A DNA stretch of 20,000 nucleotides. Origin: an uncultured virus (IMG/VR IMGVR_UViG_3300029288_005821). Its lineage: Duplodnaviria; Heunggongvirae; Uroviricota; Caudoviricetes. Both the position numbers and the translations under genes were made by a program. The notes under the pieces were generated by a model. The model was given only the letters and a program-made list of their open reading frames with translations. It made no database searches and had not been told where the DNA came from. Shown here piece after piece: positions 1 to 8,673 of this stretch (position 1 is its first letter; every line of letters begins with the position of its first letter). The stretch lies in the IMG/VR virus record IMGVR_UViG_3300029288_005821, one strand, 5' to 3'.

Positions 1-382
1 TATTCAATACGAGTGATACTTCCCCTTCATATTCACCGGGAACATAACACATTGACATTTCAATGACATCCTGATTGTTTAAAGTGTTGGATGAAAAAGA
101 AATGGTTGTTACAGCTATAATGATATAACCGGAATAACCTGAAGTATACGCCAATTTCGCTGCCGCACGTTTAATACTCTCAATAATTACTACATTAGAA
201 TTAGTCATCTCAAATAATGGGAGGGTTATTTGGGAATTGCCTTTCGTAGGTAAAAAAGAAAGAGTGTTGATGAAATCGAATTTATCTATATAATGAATAG
301 GGATATCACCATCATATTCATAACGTGGGATTGCTCCTTGCGATAATAACTCAGCGATAATTGGAATGAAACATTTTTTCAT
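1..382 (-). CDS. Hypothetical protein, runs off the left edge; paralog of 383..841
   Basis: Own translation from ATG at 382 (MKKCFIPII...QITLPLFEM...AKLAYTSGYSGYIII) is open to the window edge. It shares CFI, TLP and LAxTxGYxGY with the adjacent ORF, and its start abuts the upstream stop. Confidence 0.75.
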   Translation of the reverse strand, partial: MKKCFIPIIAELLSQGAIPRYEYDGDIPIHYIDKFDFINTLSFLPTKGNSQITLPLFEMTNSNVVIIESIKRAAAKLAYTSGYSGYIIIAVTTISFSSNTLNNQDVIEMSMCYVPGEYEGEVSLVLN

Positions 383-841
383 TCAAGTTGCCATGATATC
401 AGCAATAACCAAGTTTTTTCTCATTCGTTCTTCATTCATGCTTGGGTAGTATCTCAATATATTAACTTTTTCCGGGATGTAAGTAATAGATGATAAGTCA
501 TCAGTTTTATCACCTGGAACGTAAAACATACATAGAATAGTTTTTGATCCAGCATCATCTCTTCTTGCATAAGAACGGATGAGAATCTGTGCATACCCCC
601 AATACCCAACAGTATGTGCTAGAGTCGCTACTCGTTCTTCAATATATAACCGGATATTGTTTGTTGAAATATGAACCATAGGAAGAGTGACCCCGGAGTC
701 AACTCCTTTATATCCATAATCTATATCCCCAGAAATACTTAAGTGAGCTATCGGAGTATTAAACTGGGAGAAAATTTTAAACCATGAAGATGAATTATTG
801 GTTTCCACCCATGCTGAGTCTATTTTTATAAAACAACTCAC
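383..841 (-). CDS. Hypothetical protein (152 aa)
   Basis: ORF track; paralog of 1..382; ends LVIADIMAT. Confidence 0.75.
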   Translation of the reverse strand: MSCFIKIDSAWVETNNSSSWFKIFSQFNTPIAHLSISGDIDYGYKGVDSGVTLPMVHISTNNIRLYIEERVATLAHTVGYWGYAQILIRSYARRDDAGSKTILCMFYVPGDKTDDLSSITYIPEKVNILRYYPSMNEERMRKNLVIADIMAT

Positions 842-849
842 GAGAGAAT

Positions 850-1377
850 TTATTTAGCAGTAGCTTCAACTTGTGCAAATGGAGGAGGTGCTGCACTCGC
901 TGGACGAGGTGATATACCAGGAAGAACATCGGTAGGTGCTTCCGGTGCTTCTGACATATCAGCCATTTTTACAGCCGGAGTCTGATTCACATTATTCTTC
1001 ATTGCATTAAATGGCGGATTCTTCACAGTTGGTTTCGAAAAGAATAATGGAGTCAAAGTACTTGATGCACTAGGTGCAGGCGAAACAAGAGTTGCTATTT
1101 TTCGAGCTTCACCTTTAGTATATCCATCAAGATATGAACGAAGTGACTGAATATCATCATGATTACTTTCTGTAGCTTTAGCGATTTCGTTCGTTCTATT
1201 AACAAGAATTTCGTAGCTTGCCTTCGTGACTTTCATATCTTGTGGTTTAAACCAACCAACAAGAGCTGTCACGATAGCAACAACAGCCAAAACAAGTTCT
1301 TTAATACTTACAATGTAAGAAATTATTCTAATGAATTTAGATTTTGGACGATCCTGAGAGACCTCATCATTTGCCAT
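850..1377 (-). CDS. Hypothetical membrane protein (N-terminal TM, coiled segment, Pro/Ala-rich tail)
   Basis: Hydrophobic stretch LVLAVVAIVTALVGWF; TGTATTGT lies 8 nt upstream of the ATG. Confidence 0.75.
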   Translation of the reverse strand: MANDEVSQDRPKSKFIRIISYIVSIKELVLAVVAIVTALVGWFKPQDMKVTKASYEILVNRTNEIAKATESNHDDIQSLRSYLDGYTKGEARKIATLVSPAPSASSTLTPLFFSKPTVKNPPFNAMKNNVNQTPAVKMADMSEAPEAPTDVLPGISPRPASAAPPPFAQVEATAK

Positions 1378-1408
1378 GATTTAGAACAATACATGAATTA
1401 AATATAGA

Positions 1409-1450
1409 TGAAGGGATTCCCGGGAAGATGATTAACCGAGAACCCCTTCA
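1409..1450 (-). terminator. 15-bp hairpin, terminator-like or 3' domain of an ncRNA
   Basis: TGAAGGGGTTCTCGG/CCGGGAATCCCTTCA pairs fully only on the minus strand (two G-U pairs). The U-tract after it is weak. Confidence 0.5.
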
Positions 1451-1453
1451 AAC

Positions 1454-1535
1454 AGAGCAACGACACCAAATGACAAAAACTGGAACACCGAGGGCAGGCG
1501 AACAAAACCTGCGACCGCAAAAATGTCGTTGCTCT
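1454..1535 (-). ncRNA. Candidate structured small RNA (~82 nt)
   Basis: Perfect 12-bp closing stem (1454-1465/1524-1535) and an internal GCAGG/CCTGC hairpin. The 5' end lies exactly 5 nt after a TGTATTCT motif (1541-1548). Confidence 0.5.
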
Positions 1536-1540
1536 TTCAG

Positions 1541-1548
1541 AGAATACA
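1541..1548 (-). promoter_or_regulatory. Class B promoter motif TGTATTCT
   Basis: 5-nt gap to the first base of the candidate ncRNA stem. Confidence 0.55.
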
Positions 1549-1555
1549 ATTAGAG

Positions 1556-1891
1556 TCAAGCAGCTTCATCACAGTCAACGATAGTGATTTCACCAACTTT
1601 TCTAATATCAGAAAAAATTTCGAGAGTGGTTCTTACAGGAATTTTCTTCGCCAATTCCTTAGCTTCTTTTACCAGGAATTCTAGAAAAACAGGGATATTT
1701 CTTTCCTTATCAGCAATTCTTTTAGTTGTTCCTGAAAGAAGATACACCATTGCCGTCCATTGACCGTAACGATTTTCTTCGATATTATCGGACGGTAAAC
1801 GAACCTGAATAATAAATTTGGTTAAGGTTGATCCTATAAATATTAAGGGATCCCAGTTAAGTGATCCACATAGATCCATCTTCTCAGACAT
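1556..1891 (-). CDS. Hypothetical protein (111 aa)
   Basis: ORF track; TGTAAAGT (1898-1905) lies 6 nt upstream of the ATG. Confidence 0.7.
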   Translation of the reverse strand: MSEKMDLCGSLNWDPLIFIGSTLTKFIIQVRLPSDNIEENRYGQWTAMVYLLSGTTKRIADKERNIPVFLEFLVKEAKELAKKIPVRTTLEIFSDIRKVGEITIVDCDEAA

Positions 1892-1920
1892 AGCTACACT
1901 TTACATAGATCAGATGAATA

Positions 1921-2133
1921 CTAAATTCTGTATCTCTCTTTAATATACTGAACTGCTTCCCAAAAATTAGGAGATCCCGGGACTTTCAATTCTTTACAGA
2001 GATGATCTAACATCTCATGATAAGTTGGTGGAGTCCAAGAGTCGTCTTCTGGTCTTGGACTCAACACCAATTCTATTCTTTCAGAATGCTGTTCAGGATC
2101 AGCAACCTCCGATCCTGGATCTGTTTCATTCAT
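1921..2133 (-). CDS. Hypothetical acidic protein (~70 aa)
   Basis: Start moved to MNETD: GGTGA SD-like sequence upstream, and it removes the overlap with the upstream gene. Confidence 0.6.
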   Translation of the reverse strand: MNETDPGSEVADPEQHSERIELVLSPRPEDDSWTPPTYHEMLDHLCKELKVPGSPNFWEAVQYIKERYRI

Positions 2134-2137
2134 ATGA

Positions 2138-3151
2138 TCACCAATATGGATCATAGAATACATCGAACATATACGCAGAAATCAAAACATCATATGGATC
2201 AACCCAACCGTAACTAACATACCCATAACTTTGGGTGAAGACAACCGGAGTTTCAGTAATAATAGTGTCAGTTTGACTTGCCCCTAATGGGAGTGAAAGA
2301 TCAACTAAAGAACCACAACCAGAGCAAACTTGGTCACCCGGATATAAAAGTGATTTGCACTTAGGACATTCAAAAGCATCAGGAGGCGGAGGTGCAAACT
2401 GATGTCCACATGACGGACAACCTGTAAAAGGTTGTCCATTTTGTTTAGCATCATCTTGAAACATAGCGAGAGGAATTCCGCAATTTCCGCAAGGAAAACT
2501 ATCGCGTTTCCTATTTTCAATTTGGCAAGCAGTATATAAAGCCTGCATTCGTCGTGAAGCAACTTCAGGATCACCATCTTGATCCATTTCTTGCCATTTG
2601 AAAGAACCCGCGACAGTTTCTTCTATTTGCTTAAAGATTCTCCCATCGAGTAAGTGGAAATAGAAGTTGTTACTCGAATAATGACCAGAACCTAATCGAT
2701 AAAGAAAAACCACTTCATGTGGATCGATTTCTTTCCCGATCTTATTCCCTGACCATTGAATGAGAGCCAGACGCATATCTACAGCATCTGGATTGTCTAC
2801 TTGAACAAACCGGGGATCGAAAATATCCCAGCGAACTTCAGCTGGTCTTTCTGGTGAGATCCATTCATCCGGAGTAAGTTCACGTAAATCGACTGCGATA
2901 CAAGGATTGAATTGTCGAATCGTATCGATAGCTCCGATAAAGGTCTTCATGAGTCGTCGACCTTTATCGGTAGCAGTATATCGACCTGCTTCATCAACCA
3001 TTAAACCAGCCTTCACCATATCAGCAAGAACATGACTCAAGAATCTCTCATCGCCTTTAAGCGGTGAAGTGAAACGAATATTTTGTTCAAGTGATAGGTA
3101 AAGAATGGACGCCGCAAGAATTCGAGCTTGCCAGGGGATTAATTCAGCCAT
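2138..3151 (-). CDS. Putative winged-helix protein with C-terminal double zinc ribbon (337 aa)
   Basis: wHTH-like wing (LADMVKAGLMVDEAGRYTATDKGRRL); four CxxC pairs (CGNC, CPSC, CPKC, CSGC). Start moved to MAELIP, 1 nt after the lipoprotein stop. Confidence 0.75.
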   Translation of the reverse strand: MAELIPWQARILAASILYLSLEQNIRFTSPLKGDERFLSHVLADMVKAGLMVDEAGRYTATDKGRRLMKTFIGAIDTIRQFNPCIAVDLRELTPDEWISPERPAEVRWDIFDPRFVQVDNPDAVDMRLALIQWSGNKIGKEIDPHEVVFLYRLGSGHYSSNNFYFHLLDGRIFKQIEETVAGSFKWQEMDQDGDPEVASRRMQALYTACQIENRKRDSFPCGNCGIPLAMFQDDAKQNGQPFTGCPSCGHQFAPPPPDAFECPKCKSLLYPGDQVCSGCGSLVDLSLPLGASQTDTIITETPVVFTQSYGYVSYGWVDPYDVLISAYMFDVFYDPYW

Positions 3152-3152
3152 A

Positions 3153-4085
3153 TTAGCGTCCCTTACTTCTGGAAACTGGTGCTGAAGCTTTTGAAGGTGT
3201 CGAAGCTCTTGAAGGTGTCGAAGCACCTGAGGAAGATTTCATGGTCGGTGTTGATTGTTGTCTTGGAGCAGGTGAAGGTGTGGAAGCTCGAGGAGTGTTA
3301 TCAAATGCAGCACCCTTTGGTCTCACATTATTTGAATTTGTCCGAAAATCGCCAGAGACGCCAGATGCAGCTGATCGGAGGGAATTCGAATTCGTAGCAG
3401 GTGCTGATCGATTTACGAAACTTGACTGACTGAAAGTTGCCGGAGGTTTTGAAACTGGCGCCGGATTGATTCGAGTCGTAGTTTGATAAGTTCGTTGCGT
3501 CTGCACGAATTGCTGACGTGGAACTGAACGAACATAAACATAGCTACTCGGAACTGTCCCGTAATAAGCAGCCCGGTTTATTGCATGTGCCCAAAGAAGA
3601 AAACTCAGACTTCGTTCTAATGGATTAGTATAATAATAGTCCCGATAACCGGAAACGACATTCGTATAATTCGCATTCATCACGGGTTGACCATTTTCCT
3701 CCGTGAATCTGATAACTGCGATTTGTTGTTCCGGACCACCCCCTGATGGTTTTGCAACAAAGTCGAATTCTCTATCGACTGGAGAATTCGTTTGAGCTTC
3801 TCTTACTTGAACATAATCACGTTGTTGATCTTTATCGATATCAACATTATTGATCGGATTTTGCGCACCCTCGTTGATTTTTACTTCAAGTGCTGAAGCA
3901 TTTTCAATACCGGAATTGATGAGGCCACCTATCAAATTCAACCCGAAGTCTTCAGGTGCAAGCATTGCTTGCATTTGATTTACTTGAACAACCGGAGGTA
4001 AATTCCCATTTTGACGGTAACCACTCGGTTGATTATTGTTGCAAGCGGTGAACACTAGAATCAATAACATCGCCCAAATTTTCAT
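3153..4085 (-). CDS. Putative lipoprotein with low-complexity Ser/Pro/Arg-rich tail
   Basis: Signal peptide with lipobox-like VFTA-C; SD AAGGAG; DxDxD-type loop NNVDIDKDQQRDYV. Confidence 0.8.
   Translation of the reverse strand: MKIWAMLLILVFTACNNNQPSGYRQNGNLPPVVQVNQMQAMLAPEDFGLNLIGGLINSGIENASALEVKINEGAQNPINNVDIDKDQQRDYVQVREAQTNSPVDREFDFVAKPSGGGPEQQIAVIRFTEENGQPVMNANYTNVVSGYRDYYYTNPLERSLSFLLWAHAINRAAYYGTVPSSYVYVRSVPRQQFVQTQRTYQTTTRINPAPVSKPPATFSQSSFVNRSAPATNSNSLRSAASGVSGDFRTNSNNVRPKGAAFDNTPRASTPSPAPRQQSTPTMKSSSGASTPSRASTPSKASAPVSRSKGR
3191..3224. repeat. 18-bp-period tandem repeat within the coding sequence (ASTPS units)
   Basis: TTGAAGGTGTCGAAGC at 3191-3206 and 3209-3224; degenerate copy near 3273. 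Confidence 0.7.
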
Positions 4086-4121
4086 ATACTCTCCTTAAAA
4101 TTAGTGACTTCAAAAAACTCG

Positions 4122-4140
4122 AATTTACATCTAGTATAAT
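4122..4140. promoter_or_regulatory. Back-to-back class B promoter motifs
   Basis: TGTAAATT on minus (4122-4129); AGTATAAT on plus (4133-4140), 5 nt before ATG 4146. Confidence 0.5.
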
Positions 4141-4145
4141 TCATC

Positions 4146-4313
4146 ATGGCTGAATTCAAATGCGTAGCATGTCATTTTCACTGGAAAGGTGAATCAGGTA
4201 TGTATGCACATTGTCCAAAATGTGAAAATCTATATATTATATGGATTGATTACGAAAAAATAGCTAAAGAATATCGTATCAATAATCCCGACAGTAAAGC
4301 TTTCGGGGGCTAA
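4146..4313 (+). CDS. Small zinc-ribbon protein (55 aa), absent from the ORF track
   Basis: MAEFKCVACHFHWKGESGMYAHCPKCENLYIIW...; two CxxC pairs; promoter motif 5 nt upstream. Confidence 0.75.
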   Translation: MAEFKCVACHFHWKGESGMYAHCPKCENLYIIWIDYEKIAKEYRINNPDSKAFGG

Positions 4314-4627
4314 TCATTCATTATATTTCGAACTATCAAATATTTTTCTATTTTTCGAATTCGATATTTTTTCCAAAGAAATAATATATACAGAAGTGAT
4401 GCTATCCCTGTTTGAATAAATAAATACCTCCAAATTCCTCGGTTAGTTATCATGAAAATCGAGTAAATTGATGAAGGGGTCATTATACAAAAAATAGGTA
4501 ATCTTATGGCAGTTAAATCATCTTTAAGTATATTAAGTCTTTGATCTGGGGTAAGTTGGACTTCACCTTCTTCCATATAATGGAATTTTCCAATTGGATC
4601 ATATTTTCGAATCATCCCAGTTCTCAT
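4310..4627 (-). CDS. Hypothetical two-TM membrane protein
   Basis: Two hydrophobic segments; ends YLIVRNIMND. Confidence 0.65.
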   Translation of the reverse strand: MRTGMIRKYDPIGKFHYMEEGEVQLTPDQRLNILKDDLTAIRLPIFCIMTPSSIYSIFMITNRGIWRYLFIQTGIASLLYILFLWKKYRIRKIEKYLIVRNIMND

Positions 4628-4672
4628 TATTTAAATATTTCCTTCGTAGATTAACGTGTATGTACTTTATTC

Positions 4673-5110
4673 ATGAATATGAGAAAGAACCCAAAGAATC
4701 TTCTTCGATATGATTATAAGAGAAGTCATGGTTGGTGGGTACGATTTGAACGCAAGGGCGGGAATATAAGTAGATTATTTTCAGATTCTATCTATGGAGG
4801 ACGGAGAAAAGCTTACAAAGAAGCTGTTAAATTTCGTGATCACACCCGTAAAACTCTTCCAAAATATATAAGAGTCTACTCTCCAGGTCCAGGTAGAATC
4901 AAAAGGGAGATCCGGTGTTATATAACATTATCTGGTCATCGAGCATATTATGACGCCTGGGTAGCTTGGATTCGGGTAGCTCCTGGAAAAAACGCATCTA
5001 CAAATGCTTCTATCGACAAATGGGGGGTTCGAGAAGCCAAGAAAATGGTCCTCCGTTGGCTTGAAAAGAAACGAATTGAACAGAAACGAAATTACGCGAG
5101 AATTAAATAA
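4673..5110 (+). CDS. AP2-domain DNA-binding protein (two AP2-like repeats)
   Basis: GWWVRF...SRLFSDSIYGGRRKAYKEAVKFRD and AWVAWI...SIDKWGVREAKKM fit the AP2 three-strand-plus-helix pattern. TGTACTTT at 4661-4668. Confidence 0.75.
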   Translation: MNMRKNPKNLLRYDYKRSHGWWVRFERKGGNISRLFSDSIYGGRRKAYKEAVKFRDHTRKTLPKYIRVYSPGPGRIKREIRCYITLSGHRAYYDAWVAWIRVAPGKNASTNASIDKWGVREAKKMVLRWLEKKRIEQKRNYARIK

Positions 5111-5463
5111 TGGGAAGTCATAGCTGGAAACTTGGGGATGATGAATGGTATCACTGTCAATTTTGTCCAGAAGTGGTACATCAGGTTCTCTTTAATGGAG
5201 AAGATATTACCCTAATAAAAAGAAGTGAAGCCATGCACGGAAATTGCATAGCTTCCGCAAATTACGACACTCATCCAAGAGTTGACTGTTGTAAAGAAGG
5301 TAGTGAATATATCGTAGAGTATCCAAATGATCAAGCAGTGGATCCTGGATATCGGCATATTAGATTAAATATTCAAACTCTCGACAAAGGATGGATAGGA
5401 AATCTTAGAATTCGCTTCTGCCCATTCTGTGGAACAGAGTATAAATTAATAAAAATGAGTTGA
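5110..5463 (+). CDS. Cys-rich hypothetical protein, probable Zn-binding
   Basis: CQFC, CC and FCPFCG motifs; TAATG coupling to the AP2 gene. Confidence 0.75.
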   Translation: MGSHSWKLGDDEWYHCQFCPEVVHQVLFNGEDITLIKRSEAMHGNCIASANYDTHPRVDCCKEGSEYIVEYPNDQAVDPGYRHIRLNIQTLDKGWIGNLRIRFCPFCGTEYKLIKMS

Positions 5464-5493
5464 TGTGCTACCGAGTCAAATCAGTAGCACATC
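5462..5493. terminator. Hairpin between convergent genes
   Basis: GATGTGCTAC/GTAGCACATC perfect 10-bp stem (13 bp with one G-U on minus). Confidence 0.6.
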
Positions 5494-5503
5494 TTCAGTT
5501 ATA

Positions 5504-5887
5504 TTAGATCGGGAAGCCTAATCGATCTTTCGTAGCCTGAAATGCTTCTGGCTGAATTTCCATACCATCATCAGTTGCTCGAGCTCCAGGGAATTTAGCC
5601 TCGAGAGATTGATTGAGTCGTGAAGCAACCTCAATTTGTTCTTCAAGTAAATCTTCTCGACGAATCACATGTCTCTCGATGAGAAGTTCAATAAGGCCAC
5701 CAAGTTCAATCTGAGTTTTTATCGCATCCTCACGATGATCCTGAATCGCCCGGTTTTCCCCGTTTACTTCATCACGAGTTCCTACTTGCCACTGAGAGAA
5801 AATGGATTTCCATTTTGTTACTTTGGCTAGTATTTTCGTATATTGATTTTGCAACACTTCAAGTCTTGATGGGCCGTGGGGTATCAT
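5504..5887 (-). CDS. Hypothetical helical protein (~127 aa)
   Basis: Start moved to MIPHG, behind GGAGAGGTG SD; removes a 65-nt overlap. Confidence 0.7.
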   Translation of the reverse strand: MIPHGPSRLEVLQNQYTKILAKVTKWKSIFSQWQVGTRDEVNGENRAIQDHREDAIKTQIELGGLIELLIERHVIRREDLLEEQIEVASRLNQSLEAKFPGARATDDGMEIQPEAFQATKDRLGFPI

Positions 5888-5903
5888 TTTAATCACCTCT
5901 CCG

Positions 5904-6482
5904 TTAGCTTGCAAGATAAGCGGATGAAGCGTCTGCCACACCCTGTAGAGTTGTTGCTGCTCGAACATTCTGGATCACAGTTTCAGCTTCTGTGAACAAT
6001 ATCGTTATCCGAACCCAGATTGCTTCTACTACTGAAGTAAAATCTTGAGCCCTGGTGATATCAGTATAGGTTGATCCATCTCGAGAATGAACCCGGAATG
6101 GATAGCTCATTCCGAGAGCAGCCCATTTACCGCCAATACTATTCCACCCAAGCCATCGAGATTGATCTTCATCACTGATGGATAGATACTGTCCCGATGC
6201 TGCTGGGTATTCTACTTGCCCGGTATCTATTTTATTTTCTCGCTTTTGACATATTAGAGGGATGACTCGATTTTTCTCCGCAAGAAGTTCTGCTGCATCT
6301 ACTACAGCCTTTTCTGCTGGAGTCATCTCAGTTAGTGTGTCCCCTACCAATTTCAGGTAGTGCATAGGGACTGTCTCGAGGATGGTCAAATCTGGATTGA
6401 TTACCCAGTATACTGGGTCATAATCAGGGGTGTTGACACTATATATTATGACGAGTGTTTCTCGATTTAATACGTTTCCCAT
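5904..6482 (-). CDS. DUF4376-like / tail-fibre-assembly-type protein
   Basis: EMTPAEKAVVDAAEL linker, then R..KI..G...S..DQ..W and C-terminal I..AT pattern, recalled from phage tail-associated DUF4376 proteins; SD GAGGA. Confidence 0.55.
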   Translation of the reverse strand: MGNVLNRETLVIIYSVNTPDYDPVYWVINPDLTILETVPMHYLKLVGDTLTEMTPAEKAVVDAAELLAEKNRVIPLICQKRENKIDTGQVEYPAASGQYLSISDEDQSRWLGWNSIGGKWAALGMSYPFRVHSRDGSTYTDITRAQDFTSVVEAIWVRITILFTEAETVIQNVRAATTLQGVADASSAYLAS

Positions 6483-6566
6483 AATTCCTCATTTCATGAA
6501 TTACTGTTTCATGAATCGTCACTAAAAAGAACGAAGAATTATGGGCTTAGTAAATATCGACCATAT

Positions 6567-6740
6567 TTAGCTAAGTTCAAGTAATCTTTCAGTTCGTTCT
6601 TCCTCATCTCGTTCGTGACAAGCACGACAACGTGGGATGTCAGGATATATCAGAAATAAATCATCCGGATAGGGTTCATTACATGGATCAATTCCTGATC
6701 CTCCACAAATCTCACAATTATCGTAATCAGCTTGGCTCAT
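6567..6740 (-). CDS. Small zinc-finger protein (57 aa), absent from the ORF track
   Basis: MSQADYDNCEICGGSGIDP...PRCRACHERDEE...; DnaJ-type CxxCxGxG plus CxxC; TGTATCTT 5 nt upstream. Confidence 0.75.
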   Translation of the reverse strand: MSQADYDNCEICGGSGIDPCNEPYPDDLFLIYPDIPRCRACHERDEEERTERLLELS

Positions 6741-6745
6741 GAAAT

Positions 6746-6768
6746 AAGATACATTTATGGTGTAATTT
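6746..6768. promoter_or_regulatory. Back-to-back class B promoter motifs
   Basis: TGTATCTT-N5-ATG on minus (6746-6753) and TGTAATTT-N5-ATG on plus (6761-6768). Confidence 0.65.
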
Positions 6769-6773
6769 ATATC

Positions 6774-7001
6774 ATGGCGCTCGCAAAGATCGATAAACGC
6801 AAGAAATTATCAAAAGGACGAATCGGTTGCACATTCGTAAATACTATTGGTCTACCAGTATCTCTTCCGATAGGGACGGTAATTACAGATATAACTGGTA
6901 ATACTTTCAGAGTGACAGCTCATCATTCTGAAGACGGAGAATTTACCCCATTATTGTCTCTATCTGGTGCCAAATCACCAGGTGAAAATATTGAATATTA
7001 A
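6774..7001 (+). CDS. Hypothetical protein (75 aa)
   Basis: Start moved to MALAK by the promoter motif. FTNxxG..V.LP.GT.I resembles baseplate-J-type strands, but only weakly. Confidence 0.6.
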   Translation: MALAKIDKRKKLSKGRIGCTFVNTIGLPVSLPIGTVITDITGNTFRVTAHHSEDGEFTPLLSLSGAKSPGENIEY

Positions 7002-7009
7002 TCAAAACT

Positions 7010-7474
7010 GTGAAGATAAAAGTAAAGAAAACTAAAGGTTACGTAATCATGACTCTTGTCGGGATCAACAAGAGATCAAATGAAAATACTGATATAACCA
7101 TTAGTAGCGCACGTCATATAAGTGTTGGATATAAACGAGGATTCGTAATCATTGATTATATTGATAATTTAGCTTTGAATCCTAAAGGAACCCGAGTATC
7201 TCTCGGTTACGGTTTTCCTTGGCATGAAGATGATAAAGATGTCTGTGAATTTTCACGAGCTCGAAGTCAGGGATTTGCTGAAATTAGAAGAAAAATCGGA
7301 TATATACCGAAAGGATTAACCACTAATTTTGATAGATTCCTTGCTTTAATATATGAAGATCGACGAAGAGGAGAGATAGAAAGACTTGTTGACAAACTCA
7401 TTAATTTCTCAAATCCTGAGGAAATTGCTAGAATTATGAATACTGCTATCGTCAGACAAGTAATGAAGATATGA
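7010..7474 (+). CDS. Hypothetical protein, paralog of 7471..7932
   Basis: Shared FSRA, IPxG, FL..I.EDRRxGE and QVMK motifs. Confidence 0.8.
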   Translation: MKIKVKKTKGYVIMTLVGINKRSNENTDITISSARHISVGYKRGFVIIDYIDNLALNPKGTRVSLGYGFPWHEDDKDVCEFSRARSQGFAEIRRKIGYIPKGLTTNFDRFLALIYEDRRRGEIERLVDKLINFSNPEEIARIMNTAIVRQVMKI

Positions 7475-7932
7475 ATTTTAAATTGAGAAAAGCTGGGAAA
7501 TTTATTTCCATAGTTATCAATAATGCACCAGCAGGAAAACCTGGAAAATTTGCTGAAAGTCTTCTCATCATTAGTTGTGCATATCAGGAATTCAGTCCGT
7601 ATACTCCAGGGTATATCGTAATATCATATCAAGAAGAAATGAGAACTAGTAAAAATGAAAGTAAAATAAGACAATATTCAGCAAAATGGCACTCAGGTAA
7701 TGAACCTTTTTCACGTGCCAAGAGAGATTTATTAGGAATCGTCAGAAAACTTTTCAAACATATTCCTGACGGATTCACTGAAATTGTCAATGAATTTCTT
7801 TCAGTTATTCACGAAGATCGAAGAAAAGGAGAACTGAAAGAACACATTCGGTTCATGTTGGATATATCGAACCAAGAAGAAATTGAAAATATGGTTCGGA
7901 TGGAGATCGCCGAACAGGTAATGAAATTTTAA
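7471..7932 (+). CDS. Hypothetical protein, paralog of 7010..7474
   Basis: ATGA overlap with the previous gene; shared motifs. Confidence 0.8.
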   Translation: MNFKLRKAGKFISIVINNAPAGKPGKFAESLLIISCAYQEFSPYTPGYIVISYQEEMRTSKNESKIRQYSAKWHSGNEPFSRAKRDLLGIVRKLFKHIPDGFTEIVNEFLSVIHEDRRKGELKEHIRFMLDISNQEEIENMVRMEIAEQVMKF

Positions 7933-8384
7933 CCTTCAGGTTTAAACTGGGCTAACATTAAAATATTTCGTGTATATCGCTTTAACGTATCCTTGACTGA
8001 ACTAGACTGAATCATGTCAAGAGTTACCGTCTCGAGTTCGGCAGCATTCATTATTCTGTAACGAGAACCGGCAGCATTGATCATCACTGGATACCGATTT
8101 ATTGGGATGAATATTGAGCAGATATTTTCTTCAAATAGAAAATCTGGCTTCAAACTAGTAAATCTTACTGAAATATACCAAGATGTTGCATCACGATTCA
8201 CTGAGTTATCGACATAAGGACGAAATACTACTTCAGCATCTGGAAAAAGATACTGTTGAAGTATTTTAGCGAACCGCTCGAAATGATTCCTGATCTCTGA
8301 AATATCAGGAACTTCACCCACTTCTCGCGCTATCTCTTGTAATGAATCGATTATGATGTCTTGTGGGCTATCTTGATCTGACAT
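7929..8384 (-). CDS. Hypothetical protein (151 aa)
   Basis: ORF track; TGTAATTT-N5-ATG upstream. Confidence 0.75.
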   Translation of the reverse strand: MSDQDSPQDIIIDSLQEIAREVGEVPDISEIRNHFERFAKILQQYLFPDAEVVFRPYVDNSVNRDATSWYISVRFTSLKPDFLFEENICSIFIPINRYPVMINAAGSRYRIMNAAELETVTLDMIQSSSVKDTLKRYTRNILMLAQFKPEG

Positions 8385-8389
8385 AGCCC

Positions 8390-8397
8390 AAATTACA
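8390..8397 (-). promoter_or_regulatory. Class B promoter motif TGTAATTT
   Basis: 5 nt before ATG 8384; no SD. Confidence 0.6.
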
Positions 8398-8398
8398 T

Positions 8399-8659
8399 TT
8401 ATTTGGTAGTTTTTGCTACCATTTCATCGAAATCCTTGAACCCATAGGACTTAACGATATCACCTAGAAAGGCAAAACCGTCGAGTTGCGCCGTAACTCT
8501 CCCTGAATTATCTGAATTTTTCGAAATAACAGCTAAGCCTACAGTGCCGTCCGGGTTTTCTACCTTAGCAACATTCATAGCCAACATCAAATGAATGATT
8601 CCTTCAATCACTCGCTCTTTGGCGGAATCAGCTTTCAGTGTCTCTAGTTGTGTCGGCAT
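8399..8659 (-). CDS. Hypothetical protein (86 aa)
   Basis: ORF track; TGTAATAT-N5-ATG upstream. Confidence 0.75.
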   Translation of the reverse strand: MPTQLETLKADSAKERVIEGIIHLMLAMNVAKVENPDGTVGLAVISKNSDNSGRVTAQLDGFAFLGDIVKSYGFKDFDEMVAKTTK

Positions 8660-8664
8660 CTAAT

Positions 8665-8672
8665 ATATTACA
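8665..8672 (-). promoter_or_regulatory. Class B promoter motif TGTAATAT
   Basis: 5 nt before ATG 8659; no SD. Confidence 0.6.
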
Positions 8673-8673
8673 G

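Noticed and set aside
4673..5110. HNH-AP2 homing endonuclease
   Set aside because: Only AP2-like repeats are present; no HNH motif is visible.
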